A DNA stretch of 64,000 bases from an uncultured Gemmatimonadaceae bacterium (GCA_963817955.1 CAWFQK010000002.1:928001-992000); one strand, 5' to 3'. Numbered from the stretch's first letter, positions 1-8,814 are shown. A program made the numbers and translations. Notes: generated by a model from the sequence alone, not told the origin.

Positions 1-1
1 A

Positions 2-79
2 ACGCAGGACAACAATTTGCTGAGCACGACGGCGTCGCTGACGGGGCTACACGCAATCCTGACAATACGACTCCGATAG
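2..79 (+). CDS. 3' end of an upstream gene (truncated by the window edge), product unknown
   Basis: Open frame from position 2 (TQDNNLLSTTASLTGLHAILTIRLR) ending in TAG at 77-79. Confidence 0.35.
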   Translation, partial: TQDNNLLSTTASLTGLHAILTIRLR

Positions 80-139
80 CCTCGTAGCGCCCAATTCCGC
101 CCGCTATATTGCGAGTCAAACCCTGTCCCGACCCGTCCT

Positions 140-889
140 ATGGCTGGCCACAGTAAATGGAAGCAGATCAAGCATTACAAGGCGGCAACTGACGCCAAGC
201 GTAATGCCCTGTTCACAAAGCTCATCCGCGAGATCACGATGGCCGCGAAGCTCGGCGGCGGTGATCCGGGTGGCAATCCTCGTCTCCGTCTGGCAATCGA
301 TACGGCGCGATCGCGCTCGATGCCGAAGGAGAACATCGAGCGTGCGATCCTCAAGGGTACCGGCGAGCTCGAGGGTGTCGACTACCAGGAAGTGACGTAC
401 GAGGGCTACGGTCCCGGCGGTGTCGCGCTGCTCATTGACGCGGTGACCGACAACCCCACGCGCACGGTCGCCGAGGTTCGCAGCAAGATGAGCCGCCTGG
501 GTGGAAACCTGGGCACGCCGAACTCCGTGGGCTGGATGTTCGAGAAGAAAGGGCAGATCTACGTCGATGGACCCCCCGCCGACGAGGATTCGCTCATGGA
601 GAAAGCGCTCGAAGCGGGTGCGGAAGACGTACAGCGCGAAGACGACCGCTTCTTGATCTCCACCCATCCGAGCGAGTTCCACTCCGTGCAGGAAGCGCTC
701 AAGAAGAGCGGAGTGACGATTGCCGAAGCGGAGCTGGCAATGGTGCCGAAGAACAGCGTCCAGATCGCCGGCAAAGACGCCGAATCGCTGTTCAAGCTCA
801 TGGAGACGATCGAAGACCTCGATGACGTGCAGAAGGTGTGGGCCAACTTCGAGATCGACGCAGCCGAGCTGGCGAAGGTCGAGGGGTGA
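140..889 (+). CDS. yebC: YebC/PmpR family protein
   Basis: N-terminus MAGHSKWKQIKH, motifs YEGYGPGG and DLDDVQKVW; upstream of ruvC/ruvA as usual. Confidence 0.95.
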   Translation: MAGHSKWKQIKHYKAATDAKRNALFTKLIREITMAAKLGGGDPGGNPRLRLAIDTARSRSMPKENIERAILKGTGELEGVDYQEVTYEGYGPGGVALLIDAVTDNPTRTVAEVRSKMSRLGGNLGTPNSVGWMFEKKGQIYVDGPPADEDSLMEKALEAGAEDVQREDDRFLISTHPSEFHSVQEALKKSGVTIAEAELAMVPKNSVQIAGKDAESLFKLMETIEDLDDVQKVWANFEIDAAELAKVEG

Positions 890-1411
890 TCGTTCTCGGG
901 ATCGATCCGGGAACTGCAAGCACCGGTTATGGTGTGTTGAAGGGAGACGGGCTTGGGCTCGTCTCCCTTGTCGAATGTGGGGTGATCCGAACAAAAGCGC
1001 GCGATCCGCTGCCGGCACGACTCCATGAAATCTTCGAAGGCGTCACCGAGTTGATCGCACGACACAAACCAGACGCACTGTCGGTGGAGGACGTCTTTTA
1101 CGCCAAGAACGTCCGCACGACTGTGGTGCTCGGACACGCGCGTGGAGTGGTGCTGCTCGCCGGACAACAAGCCGGAATGGACATTCACGAGATCCCGCCC
1201 GCGGAGATCAAGAAGGCAGTGGTGGGCACCGGCGCCGCAACCAAAGGAACAAGTGCAATTCATGCTCATGCGGCTGCTGCGACTGAAATCGGTGCCGCAG
1301 CCGTCCGACGCCGCCGATGGCGTGGCGGCGGCGCTGGCCTGCCTCATGGGCATGAACGTGCCGACGGTGGCCGGAATTCGCGCACGAGCGCATACACGAG
1401 CGCTTAAATGA
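886..1411 (+). CDS. ruvC: Crossover junction endodeoxyribonuclease RuvC, one extra base at ~1243-1247 (probably a sequencing error)
   Basis: GTG overlaps the yebC stop; VLGIDPG, VEDVFYAKN, HARGV, EIKKAVVGTG in one frame, KEQVQFM...DAADG in the next. Confidence 0.9.
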
Positions 1412-2013
1412 TTGCACAGGTCAGCGGAACGTTGGTGAGCAAGGTGCTGGATCGCGTCGAGGTGATGACCGCCGGCGGCGTTGCGTACGAGCTGGCCATT
1501 CCGCTCGGCGTGTACGAGAGTTTGCCGCGTACCGGCGAGAACGTGCTGCTGCATACGCACCTGGTCGTGAAGGAAGATGCCTGGCAGCTCTTCGGCTTCT
1601 CGACCACATTCGAGCGACGCGTCTTTCAGCGCGTGCTGAACGCCAAAGGGGTTGGGCCGTCCCTCGCCCTGGGCCTGCTGTCGACGCTCACCGCCGATCG
1701 TCTCGTTCGCGCGCTGCGCGAGAAGGACGTGCCGACACTCCAGAGCGTGCCACGCGTAGGCCGAAAGAAGGCGGAACAGCTCATTCTCGACCTCGCGGAC
1801 AAGCTCGATGACCTGCAAGTTTCCGTGCCCACAGGAGGCCGAGCCCCGCGGCCAGAAGGAGCAGGCGTAGAGGACGCGGTTCGTGCGCTCGTTTCACTCG
1901 GCTACAGTGCAGCCGACGCGGAGCGCGCGGTGCGCCAGGCGATCGATGAAGGTGGACAGGGATTGGGCGCTGCCGAACTGATTCGGGGCGCTCTCGCAAA
2001 AATCAGAGGATAA
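1408..2013 (+). CDS. ruvA: Holliday junction branch migration protein RuvA
   Basis: MIAQVSGTL, LFGF, GVGP and VPRVGRKKAE HhH motifs, C-terminal ALVSLGY. Confidence 0.95.
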   Translation: MIAQVSGTLVSKVLDRVEVMTAGGVAYELAIPLGVYESLPRTGENVLLHTHLVVKEDAWQLFGFSTTFERRVFQRVLNAKGVGPSLALGLLSTLTADRLVRALREKDVPTLQSVPRVGRKKAEQLILDLADKLDDLQVSVPTGGRAPRPEGAGVEDAVRALVSLGYSAADAERAVRQAIDEGGQGLGAAELIRGALAKIRG

Positions 2014-2019
2014 TCTTTA

Positions 2020-3177
2020 GTGCTTGCAGCCACACGAACCGCAACGTTCACCGAATCGGTGATCCGCGAGATGACGCGCATTGCCTCGATGCACAATGCC
2101 GTCAACCTCGCCCAGGGCTTTCCCGACTTCGCGATGCCAACGCCAATGAAGGAGGCGGCGTGCACGGCAATCAACGGGGATATCAATCAATACGCCGTCA
2201 CGTGGGGCGCACCCGTGCTGCGGCAGGCCATCGCCGAGAAGTACCGGCGCTGGTACAAGATGGAAGTCGATCCCGATCGTGATGTGACCGTGACGTGCGG
2301 CGCCACCGAAGCAATGGCGTCCGTGTTCATGGCACTGATGAATCCGGGCGACGAAGTGATCATTCCGGAACCGTTCTACGAGAATTACGGTCCCGATGCG
2401 ATCCTCGCCGGCGCCTGCCCGGTGTTCATGCCGTTCGAGCGGCCAGACTGGACACTCGACGCCGACCGCCTGCGGCGGACGTTCAACTCGCGGACCAAGG
2501 CGATCATCCTCAACACGCCGCACAATCCGACTGGCCGCGTGCTCACGCGTGACGAGATATCGCTGATCGCCGAGCTATGTATTGAGCATGATGTGTGGGC
2601 AATCACCGACTCGCCGTACGAGCACATGGTGTACGCCGGACATCACCACGAGATCGCGACGTGGCCGGGCATGCGCGAGCGGACGATCACCATCTCCTCG
2701 CTGTCGAAGACTTATAGCTGTACGGGGTGGCGCATCGGGTGGATCGTCGCGCCGCCGGCGCAGACGGGCCCGATCCGCAAAGTGCACGACTTTCTCACGG
2801 TGGGCGCGCCCGCACCGCTGCAAGCCGCGGCCGCCGTCGGCTTTGCCTTCGACGCAGAGTATTACAACCGCTTCACAGCGGACTACAAGACGCGCCGCGA
2901 CTTCCTCAGCCGCGTGCTGCGCGAAGCGGGCTTCGAGTTCACGACGCCACAGGGTGCGTACTACATCTTCGCCGACTTCTCAAAGCTGAGCGATCTGGAC
3001 GACGTGACATTCGCGAAGTGGATGACCCAGGAGATCGGCGTGGCGACCGTTCCCGGCTCGAGCTTCTATTCGCGGAAGGAGGACGGCCGGAACTTCGTAC
3101 GCTTCGCCTTCTGTAAGAAGCAGTCGACACTTGATGACGCGGCCAAGCGGTTGGGAGGGTTGCGGGCGGCGTTGTAG
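2020..3177 (+). CDS. PLP-dependent aminotransferase class I/II
   Basis: NLAQGFPDF, NTPHNPTG, SLSKTYSCTGWRIG (PLP lysine), VRFAFCK. Confidence 0.92.
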   Translation: MLAATRTATFTESVIREMTRIASMHNAVNLAQGFPDFAMPTPMKEAACTAINGDINQYAVTWGAPVLRQAIAEKYRRWYKMEVDPDRDVTVTCGATEAMASVFMALMNPGDEVIIPEPFYENYGPDAILAGACPVFMPFERPDWTLDADRLRRTFNSRTKAIILNTPHNPTGRVLTRDEISLIAELCIEHDVWAITDSPYEHMVYAGHHHEIATWPGMRERTITISSLSKTYSCTGWRIGWIVAPPAQTGPIRKVHDFLTVGAPAPLQAAAAVGFAFDAEYYNRFTADYKTRRDFLSRVLREAGFEFTTPQGAYYIFADFSKLSDLDDVTFAKWMTQEIGVATVPGSSFYSRKEDGRNFVRFAFCKKQSTLDDAAKRLGGLRAAL

Positions 3178-3196
3178 GTCATCGAGCGACGGCCTG

Positions 3197-3258
3197 GTCA
3201 TCCTGAAAGCTGTCATCCTGAGCGACGCCCTGTCATCCTGAGCGGAAGCGAAGGATCT
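3197..3258 (+). repeat. Cluster of three GTCATCCTGA(GCG) REP-like motifs, the last a full GTCATCCTGAGCGGAAGCGAAGGATCT hairpin
   Basis: Read directly; the same motif occurs at 8815-8865, 22469-22487 and 42791-42832. Confidence 0.85.
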
Positions 3259-3274
3259 CTGTGGGCGTATAGAC

Positions 3275-3625
3275 CAGCTTTTTAACGCAGAGGTCGCAGA
3301 GAACTGCAGGAGAACTGCAGGAGAACTGCAGAGGACTGCAAAAGAGAACTGCAACAGAGAACTGCAACAGAGAACTGCACAAAAGAAACTGGAAAAGGGA
3401 ACTGCAAGATAGAACTGGAAGCGTACGGAAGAAGGAGGCGCGTATAGGTGGAATGAATTGTGACTGCCGAGTCCACAATCATTCCGCTCATATCGTTGAT
3501 GATCCCGACCTGGGCGATACCATCGGAACATCACGACGGCATCAGGCAAGACGTCCAGGCGAGACAATCCTTCACAGTCCTCTGCAGTTCTCCTGCAGTT
3601 CTCTGCGACCTCTGCGTTAAAGCTG
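3275..3625. repeat. Composite inverted-repeat element, copy 1: long left arm (10 GAACTGCA-type units), ~155-nt core, short inverted right arm; MITE-like or structured RNA
   Basis: Left CAGCTTTTTAACGCAGAGGTCGCAGAGAACTGCAGGAGAACTGCAG is the reverse complement of right CTGCAGTTCTCCTGCAGTTCTCTGCGACCTCTGCGTTAAAGCTG apart from T-run length; core 3421-3575 matches 8581-8736. Confidence 0.85.
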
Positions 3626-3641
3626 TTGCGCCCTCCGCCCC

Positions 3642-4061
3642 TCAGCTCATCATCGCGCCGGGCGTAACGTGCAGTGCCGTCCTCACCTGGATCGGTACGT
3701 CAATCGTATGATCGCCGTCGATCGCGATGGCCATGGTGTAGGCCCCCGCGCTGTCCATGGGCAGATCGAGTTGGGCGATCAACGGCAGATCCATCTCGGC
3801 CACGCCTGGCGGCGGCGCGCCGACATTGAGATCGCCGGAGCTCTGCCAGAGCTCCTGTCCGTTTGGGCTGCGCCAACTGAAGCTCACGGTGTGGGCGCCA
3901 ATGTCCACACCGGTGCCCTTGAGATGAACCACGAGATGTGCCCGTGGATGGACGGCCGGCAGCGATGCGACCTGCAAGGCGTCGAAGACGCCGAGGACGT
4001 TCAACTTCCCTTCCTGGGACAGGTTCGCGGCGTCGGCGAAAATTGCGAAGGAGACGTACAT
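3642..4061 (-). CDS. Conserved hypothetical protein (DUF6941-like)
   Basis: 139 aa, N-terminal FADAANLSQEGKLNVLGVFD pattern, beta-rich, GAYTMAI near the C-terminus. Confidence 0.75.
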   Translation of the reverse strand: MYVSFAIFADAANLSQEGKLNVLGVFDALQVASLPAVHPRAHLVVHLKGTGVDIGAHTVSFSWRSPNGQELWQSSGDLNVGAPPPGVAEMDLPLIAQLDLPMDSAGAYTMAIAIDGDHTIDVPIQVRTALHVTPGAMMS

Positions 4062-4106
4062 GGCTGAACATAGACAGGGCCGAGGCCGTGCGTCTACTTT
4101 TCATGC

Positions 4107-5030
4107 ATGGGTTCGACTGCAGCTGAAACGGTTACGCCCGGCCACGCAAGCATCTCCACGCGGCCGGGCGTTTGGTTCACGGAAGTAACGCTCGTGCTGA
4201 TGGCGCTCATCTGGGGCGTCAATTTCAGCGTCGTCAAGTACGGCACCAGCCTCGTCGATCCGCTCGCCTACAATGGGGTGCGCGTCGTACTCGCCGCGGT
4301 GTTGTTGTTCGGCATCGTGCTCCTCGGCCGAATGCCGATGCCCCGCAGCCGAGACGCCGTCGCGCTCCTCGCGCTGGGCGTGCTGGGGAACGGCATCTAT
4401 CAGTTTTTCTTTGTAGAGGGCATTTCCCGCACGAGTGCGAGCGACGCGGCGCTCGTCGTTGCCGCCTCCCCGGCGTTCATCGCCATCATCGGACGAATAC
4501 GCGGCATTGAGCGTGTACACGCGCGAGGCGTCGCCGGGATTGCGCTGTCGATAGCCGGCATCGGTCTCGTCGTGCTTGGCACGACCAAAGGGACCGGGGG
4601 AAGCTCGTCGGTCATTGGGGACTTACTGGTGCTGTGTGGGTCCCTCGCCTGGGCGGCGTACACGGTGATGCTCAAGCCATACACCGAGCGCGTGCCAGGC
4701 ATGCAACTATCCGCGTTCACGATGCTGGGCGGCGCCGTCACGCTGCTCATAGTGGCGTGGCCGGCGATGATGCACGCGAACTGGGCGACGCTGCCGACGC
4801 TGGGATGGGCAGCAGTGCTGTACAGCGGCGTGTTCGCGCTCGTCGTCGCCTACTTCTTCTGGTATCGCGGCGTGCGCGTCATTGGCCCCACACGCACGGC
4901 AATGTACTCCAATCTGCAGCCGGTGATCGCCGTGCTCGTTGCCTGGATCATGCTCTCGGAGGTGCCCACGCCGTGGCAGGGCGTGGGAGCCGCGTGCATT
5001 CTCAGCGGACTCTTTCTGACGCGCACGTGA
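4107..5030 (+). CDS. DMT/EamA family transporter
   Basis: IWGVNF motif, ~10 hydrophobic helices, two EamA repeats, NLQPVIA. Confidence 0.92.
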   Translation: MGSTAAETVTPGHASISTRPGVWFTEVTLVLMALIWGVNFSVVKYGTSLVDPLAYNGVRVVLAAVLLFGIVLLGRMPMPRSRDAVALLALGVLGNGIYQFFFVEGISRTSASDAALVVAASPAFIAIIGRIRGIERVHARGVAGIALSIAGIGLVVLGTTKGTGGSSSVIGDLLVLCGSLAWAAYTVMLKPYTERVPGMQLSAFTMLGGAVTLLIVAWPAMMHANWATLPTLGWAAVLYSGVFALVVAYFFWYRGVRVIGPTRTAMYSNLQPVIAVLVAWIMLSEVPTPWQGVGAACILSGLFLTRT

Positions 5031-5755
5031 AGCTCGTTCTGTTCGATATCGACGGAACAATCCTATTGACCGACGGGGCGGGCCGACGCGCCGTGCATCG
5101 CGCCTTGCTCGAGGTTTTTGGCACCACCGGACCTGACGACCATCGGTTCGACGGCAAGACCGATCCCCAAATCGTCCGCGAATTGATGCGCATGGCCGGC
5201 CATGCCGACGATCACATCGATGCGCGCATGGCGAGGCTGCTCGAGCGTTACGTGGAGTGCCTGCGCGAGGAGTTGGTGATCGGCGCGTCGGCCACCACGG
5301 TGATGCCAGGGATTCCGCCGCTACTCGACGCCCTGCATGCACACCCTGACGTGGTGCTCGGCCTCCTCACGGGCAATGTCGCCGCCGGCGCCCGCGCCAA
5401 ACTCCAGGCCGCGGCTGTCGATCCCGATCGATTCCGTATCGGTGCGTACGGTTCGGACTCGGAAACGCGTGGTGATCTGCCGCGCGTTGCCCAGCAGCGC
5501 GCCCGCGACGAATTGGGCGTGGTCGTGGAGGGACACGATGTCGTCGTGATCGGCGACACCCCTGCCGACATTCAGTGCGGCCGAAGCATTGGCGCGCGCT
5601 CGATTGCCGTGGCTACGAGCCACTACAGCGTGGACGACCTGCTGGCACACGACCCCTCAGCGGTCTTCGAGGACTTCTCCTGTACCGAGGACGTGGTGCG
5701 GGCCATTCTCGCCGACTCCGTCGGCCCGGGCGACGCGCGCCACTGTCGAGCGTGA
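5027..5755 (+). CDS. HAD family hydrolase (phosphoglycolate phosphatase-like)
   Basis: GTG overlaps the previous stop; LFDIDGT motif I, LLTGN, IGDTPAD motif IV. Confidence 0.9.
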   Translation: MKLVLFDIDGTILLTDGAGRRAVHRALLEVFGTTGPDDHRFDGKTDPQIVRELMRMAGHADDHIDARMARLLERYVECLREELVIGASATTVMPGIPPLLDALHAHPDVVLGLLTGNVAAGARAKLQAAAVDPDRFRIGAYGSDSETRGDLPRVAQQRARDELGVVVEGHDVVVIGDTPADIQCGRSIGARSIAVATSHYSVDDLLAHDPSAVFEDFSCTEDVVRAILADSVGPGDARHCRA

Positions 5756-5784
5756 TTTTCGTCTACCTGGGAATAGAGGAGTGA

Positions 5785-5824
5785 CATAGTGCTGTTTGTT
5801 TGTTAAATGGCACTATGCTATACT
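5785..5824 (+). promoter_or_regulatory. Sigma70-type promoter (TTGTTT-N17-TATACT, extended -10 TG) overlapped by the inverted repeat CATAGTGC-N17-GCACTATG
   Basis: -35 at 5796-5801, -10 at 5819-5824, IR arms 5785-5792 and 5810-5817, in an AT-rich patch upstream of fic. Confidence 0.65.
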
Positions 5825-5884
5825 GGTTATTCCCACTTATGACGGGACCGGCCACAGCTGGCCAGATCCGCTCGCCATGTCCCG

Positions 5885-7105
5885 ATGCCCGAGAGGTCCG
5901 TGCCCGGCCACCTCGTTCCACGAACCTGGCAGTACGACCCCGCCATGGATGCGCCAGCGGCCTACAAGCGCGCCTGCCACTATCATGCCTTCGTCCCAGA
6001 CGAGCTGACGTCGCTGGACGTGCGCCTCGACGCGCGACTCGCCGGCTTGATCTCCGAGGCGGAGCACGCAATCCGTCTCCTCAACGACGAAGGAGGGCCC
6101 GCACTGGATCCCCTGGCCCGCCTGCTGCTGCGAACTGAGTCCATCGCGTCTTCGAAGGTCGAGGGCTTGCAGCTTGGGGCCCGCGAACTGGCACGGGCGG
6201 AAGCGAGAGCCGAATCCGGGAGCAAGCCCAGCCCGACCGCCATGGAACTGCTGGCCAACATCGACGCCATGGTCCTTGCCGTGGATGAAGCTGCGACCGT
6301 CGAGCGATTCGGAGTGACGGAGATCACCGCCATTCACCACCGGCTCCTCGAGCGGTCCCTCCACAAGCACATCGCCGGGCGGGTCCGCGGCCAACAGAAC
6401 TGGATCGGCGGGAACGACTACAATCCGTGCGGCGCCGACTTCGTCCCGCCCCCACCCGAAGACGTGGATCGCCTCCTGGCCGACATCTGCGCATCGATCA
6501 ATGACGAGACCCTGTCCCCGCTGGTGCAGGCGGCGCTCGTGCACGCCCAGTTCGAGACCGTGCACCCGTTCGATGATGGGAACGGCCGAACCGGACGCGC
6601 CCTCGTGCACGTAGTGCTGCGCCGCCGGGGGATCGCCCCCCGCTTCCTGCCGCCCATCAGCGTCGTCTTCGCCGAGTCCCGGGACCGCTACATTGCGGGC
6701 CTCACCGCATTCCGTGGCGACGCGGTGGCCGCATGGATTGAGCACTTCGCGGCCGCGACGGTCACGGCCGCTCGGCTGGCGCGTACATATATCGAAGCCG
6801 TGCGGGCCCTGCAGGAACGGTGGCGTCAACAACTCCGCGCAATGGATGCGGTTCCGCGCGTAGATGCCGCAGCGTGGACGATCATCGATATGTTGCCGGC
6901 GCATCCAATGATCTCCGCCCCGGTCACCGCGGCGGTTACAGGGCGTGCGCGGGGTCGGATTTACGAGGCGATTGAGCAGCTGGTAGCCGCCGGCGTACTA
7001 CAGCCACTTTCGTCCGGCCGCCGGAATAGGTGGTGGGAGGCGGTGGGGCTACTCGATCTCATCGAGCAGATTGAGGCGGGCGAGACTCTCGGACCAACAC
7101 CGTGA
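5885..7105 (+). CDS. Fic family protein (class II, AMP-transferase-like) with probable C-terminal HTH
   Basis: Canonical HPFDDGNGRTGR motif; N-terminal inhibitory SSKVEG ((S/T)xxxE(G/N)) motif. Confidence 0.92.
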   Translation: MPERSVPGHLVPRTWQYDPAMDAPAAYKRACHYHAFVPDELTSLDVRLDARLAGLISEAEHAIRLLNDEGGPALDPLARLLLRTESIASSKVEGLQLGARELARAEARAESGSKPSPTAMELLANIDAMVLAVDEAATVERFGVTEITAIHHRLLERSLHKHIAGRVRGQQNWIGGNDYNPCGADFVPPPPEDVDRLLADICASINDETLSPLVQAALVHAQFETVHPFDDGNGRTGRALVHVVLRRRGIAPRFLPPISVVFAESRDRYIAGLTAFRGDAVAAWIEHFAAATVTAARLARTYIEAVRALQERWRQQLRAMDAVPRVDAAAWTIIDMLPAHPMISAPVTAAVTGRARGRIYEAIEQLVAAGVLQPLSSGRRNRWWEAVGLLDLIEQIEAGETLGPTP

Positions 7106-7218
7106 CGCAAGCCTGATGGCTGCGGGAGCCACCGTGCCGCAAGACCGTGCGCCCGCGACCATCGATCCCACGTTTACTAGGCCAACTACTCGTGAGAAAT
7201 GCGCGCTAGATTCCTGGC

Positions 7219-7956
7219 ATGATCGATCGTCCGCACGCTTCGTTTCTGCTTTCGGCCGTGCGCATCGGCCGAACGGACCTCGGAGCCGGACAGGCCATGC
7301 TCGACGACGATGCGCTCACGGTGCTCGCCCGCGCCGCAGACGATCGGCCAATCCGCATTGCGTTGGCCACCATCACGTCCATCGTCGTAAACGCGAACGA
7401 CCTCACACTGGCGCTCGCGGACGGCACGCGATTGTCGATCGCCACTGATAAGGCGGCGCAACTGGGTGAGGAGCTTCTTGCTCGCGGCCGGGCATTGCCC
7501 GAACTGACGCGTGCCCTCCGCGCGTTCGGTTCGCGTCGCGGCCACCGTGGCAATCGCAGCACGGCTCTACACGAGCAGCAGCAATTCTTCTCGCCCCTGC
7601 TCGAGGCTCGGCGTCGCGCGATTTCCGCGAAGACGCCGGCCGCAACGATCGGCGCATTCGACAGCGCGGTGCTGACGCGCGAGATCGAGGCCGCGATTCT
7701 CACGCTGGCGCGTGAGCGATACGCCGAAGCAGGACCGGCGCAACGCGCGCTCGTCGCCGAACTGAGTGATCGGGCACAGCCGCTGTTCGACGCGCTCGAG
7801 GCGCTCGGTTCGGTCGCCGCAGAGGCCACTGCTGCCGTGGACGATCTCGGTCGCTGGCGGCGCTGGGAGTTCCAGCTCCGCGCGACCTTCGAAACCGCCG
7901 ACCGTGTGTGGATGGCGGTCGACGTGGCACTCGACACCATTCCCTGGCTGTCGTGA
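7219..7956 (+). CDS. Hypothetical protein
   Basis: 245-aa ORF with host-like codon usage; stop overlaps the acpS start. Confidence 0.7.
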   Translation: MIDRPHASFLLSAVRIGRTDLGAGQAMLDDDALTVLARAADDRPIRIALATITSIVVNANDLTLALADGTRLSIATDKAAQLGEELLARGRALPELTRALRAFGSRRGHRGNRSTALHEQQQFFSPLLEARRRAISAKTPAATIGAFDSAVLTREIEAAILTLARERYAEAGPAQRALVAELSDRAQPLFDALEALGSVAAEATAAVDDLGRWRRWEFQLRATFETADRVWMAVDVALDTIPWLS

Positions 7957-8333
7957 TCGTCGGCATTGGCATTGACGCGGTGGATATTGCGCGCATTGAG
8001 CGGATGTTCGCTGACAAGGGCGACCGAATGCTCCAGCGCCTCTTCACGGTCGACGAGCTAGCCTACCTCTCGACCAAGGTTGCTCCGGCCCAGCACATAG
8101 CCGTGCGCCTCGCCGCTAAAGAGGCCACATACAAGGCCCTCTCAGGCAACGAGCTCGCGCGAGGCATTGGCTGGCGGGACGTGGAGGTCTTCTCGCGTGG
8201 TGATGGTGCACCGGAGATCCGGTTACATGGACGCGCGGCGGAGCGGTTCGCCGAGCTGGGGGGGGCGAGCATCCATGTGTCGTTGACGCATAGCCAGATA
8301 ACGGCCGTGGCAGTGGTGATCGTCGAGCGGTGA
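7953..8333 (+). CDS. acpS: Holo-[acyl-carrier-protein] synthase
   Basis: VIVGIGID, RLAAKEATYKAL, VSLTH motifs; GTG start. Confidence 0.93.
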   Translation: MIVGIGIDAVDIARIERMFADKGDRMLQRLFTVDELAYLSTKVAPAQHIAVRLAAKEATYKALSGNELARGIGWRDVEVFSRGDGAPEIRLHGRAAERFAELGGASIHVSLTHSQITAVAVVIVER

Positions 8334-8337
8334 CGGA

Positions 8338-8427
8338 CCGGGGCCTCTTTTGGCGGGGGCTCTATTGGCGGGGCCTTTTTTAGCGGGGCCTTTTTTGGCG
8401 GGGCCTTTTTTAGCGGGGCCGTTTTTA
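8338..8427 (+). repeat. Six tandem 15-bp units, consensus GCGGGGCCTTTTTT(A/G)
   Basis: Units start at 8338, 8353, 8368, 8383, 8398 and 8413; the last runs into the left arm of element copy 2. Confidence 0.85.
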
Positions 8428-8797
8428 ACGCAGAGGACGCAGAGAACTGCAAGAGAACTGCAGAGAACTGCAGAGAACTGCAAAAAAAGACACTGGAAAA
8501 GGGAACTGCAAAGAGCACTGCAAAAGAGCACTGCAAAAGAGAAGAGAACTGCAAAAGAGAACTGCAAAAGAGAACTGCAAGCGTACGGAAGAGGGAAGCG
8601 CGTATCAGTGGAATGAACCGTGGATGCTGAGTCCAAAAATCATTCTGCCTATATCGCTAATGATCTCGACCTGGGCGATACCATCGGAGCATCACGACGG
8701 CATCAGCCAAGACTTCACGGCGAGACAATCCTTCACGGTCCTCTGCAGTTCTCTGCGTTCTCTTGCAGTTCTCTGCGACCTCTGCGTTGAAAAGCTG
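8422..8797. repeat. Composite inverted-repeat element, copy 2 (11 GAACTGCA-type units, same core, inverted right arm)
   Basis: TTTTTAACGCAGAGGACGCAGAGAACTGCA ... TGCAGTTCTCTGCGACCTCTGCGTTGAAAAGCTG; core 8581-8736 homologous to 3421-3575. Confidence 0.85.
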
Positions 8798-8814
8798 GTC
8801 TACAGGTTACAGAT

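Noticed and set aside
116..1818. Long antisense or alternative-frame ORFs throughout the window (e.g. 116-1018, 559-1818, 25851-27137, 57729-59144)
   Set aside because: Shadow ORFs expected in high-GC DNA opposite well-supported genes.
3301..3420. GAACTGCA arrays (also 8444-8580) as a CRISPR array
   Set aside because: Units are 8 bp with only 2-10 bp purine-rich linkers, there are no unique ~30-bp spacers, and no cas genes are present.
3421..3450. Element core as a group II intron domain V/VI remnant
   Set aside because: Only CGTACGG resembles domain V; the catalytic triad stem and the rest of the fold are not evident.
3460..3711. ORFs over the repeat elements (3460-3711, 8624-8893, 2980-3567, 8063-8636, 8350-8616) as real proteins
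   Set aside because: Starts and ends differ between the copies, an indel and stops break frame conservation, and the translations are mostly repeat-derived low complexity. The shared peptide (TWAIPSEHHDGI) follows from DNA similarity alone.
5756..7218. fic region as a prophage or integrative element
   Set aside because: No integrase, tRNA target or flanking direct repeats were found.
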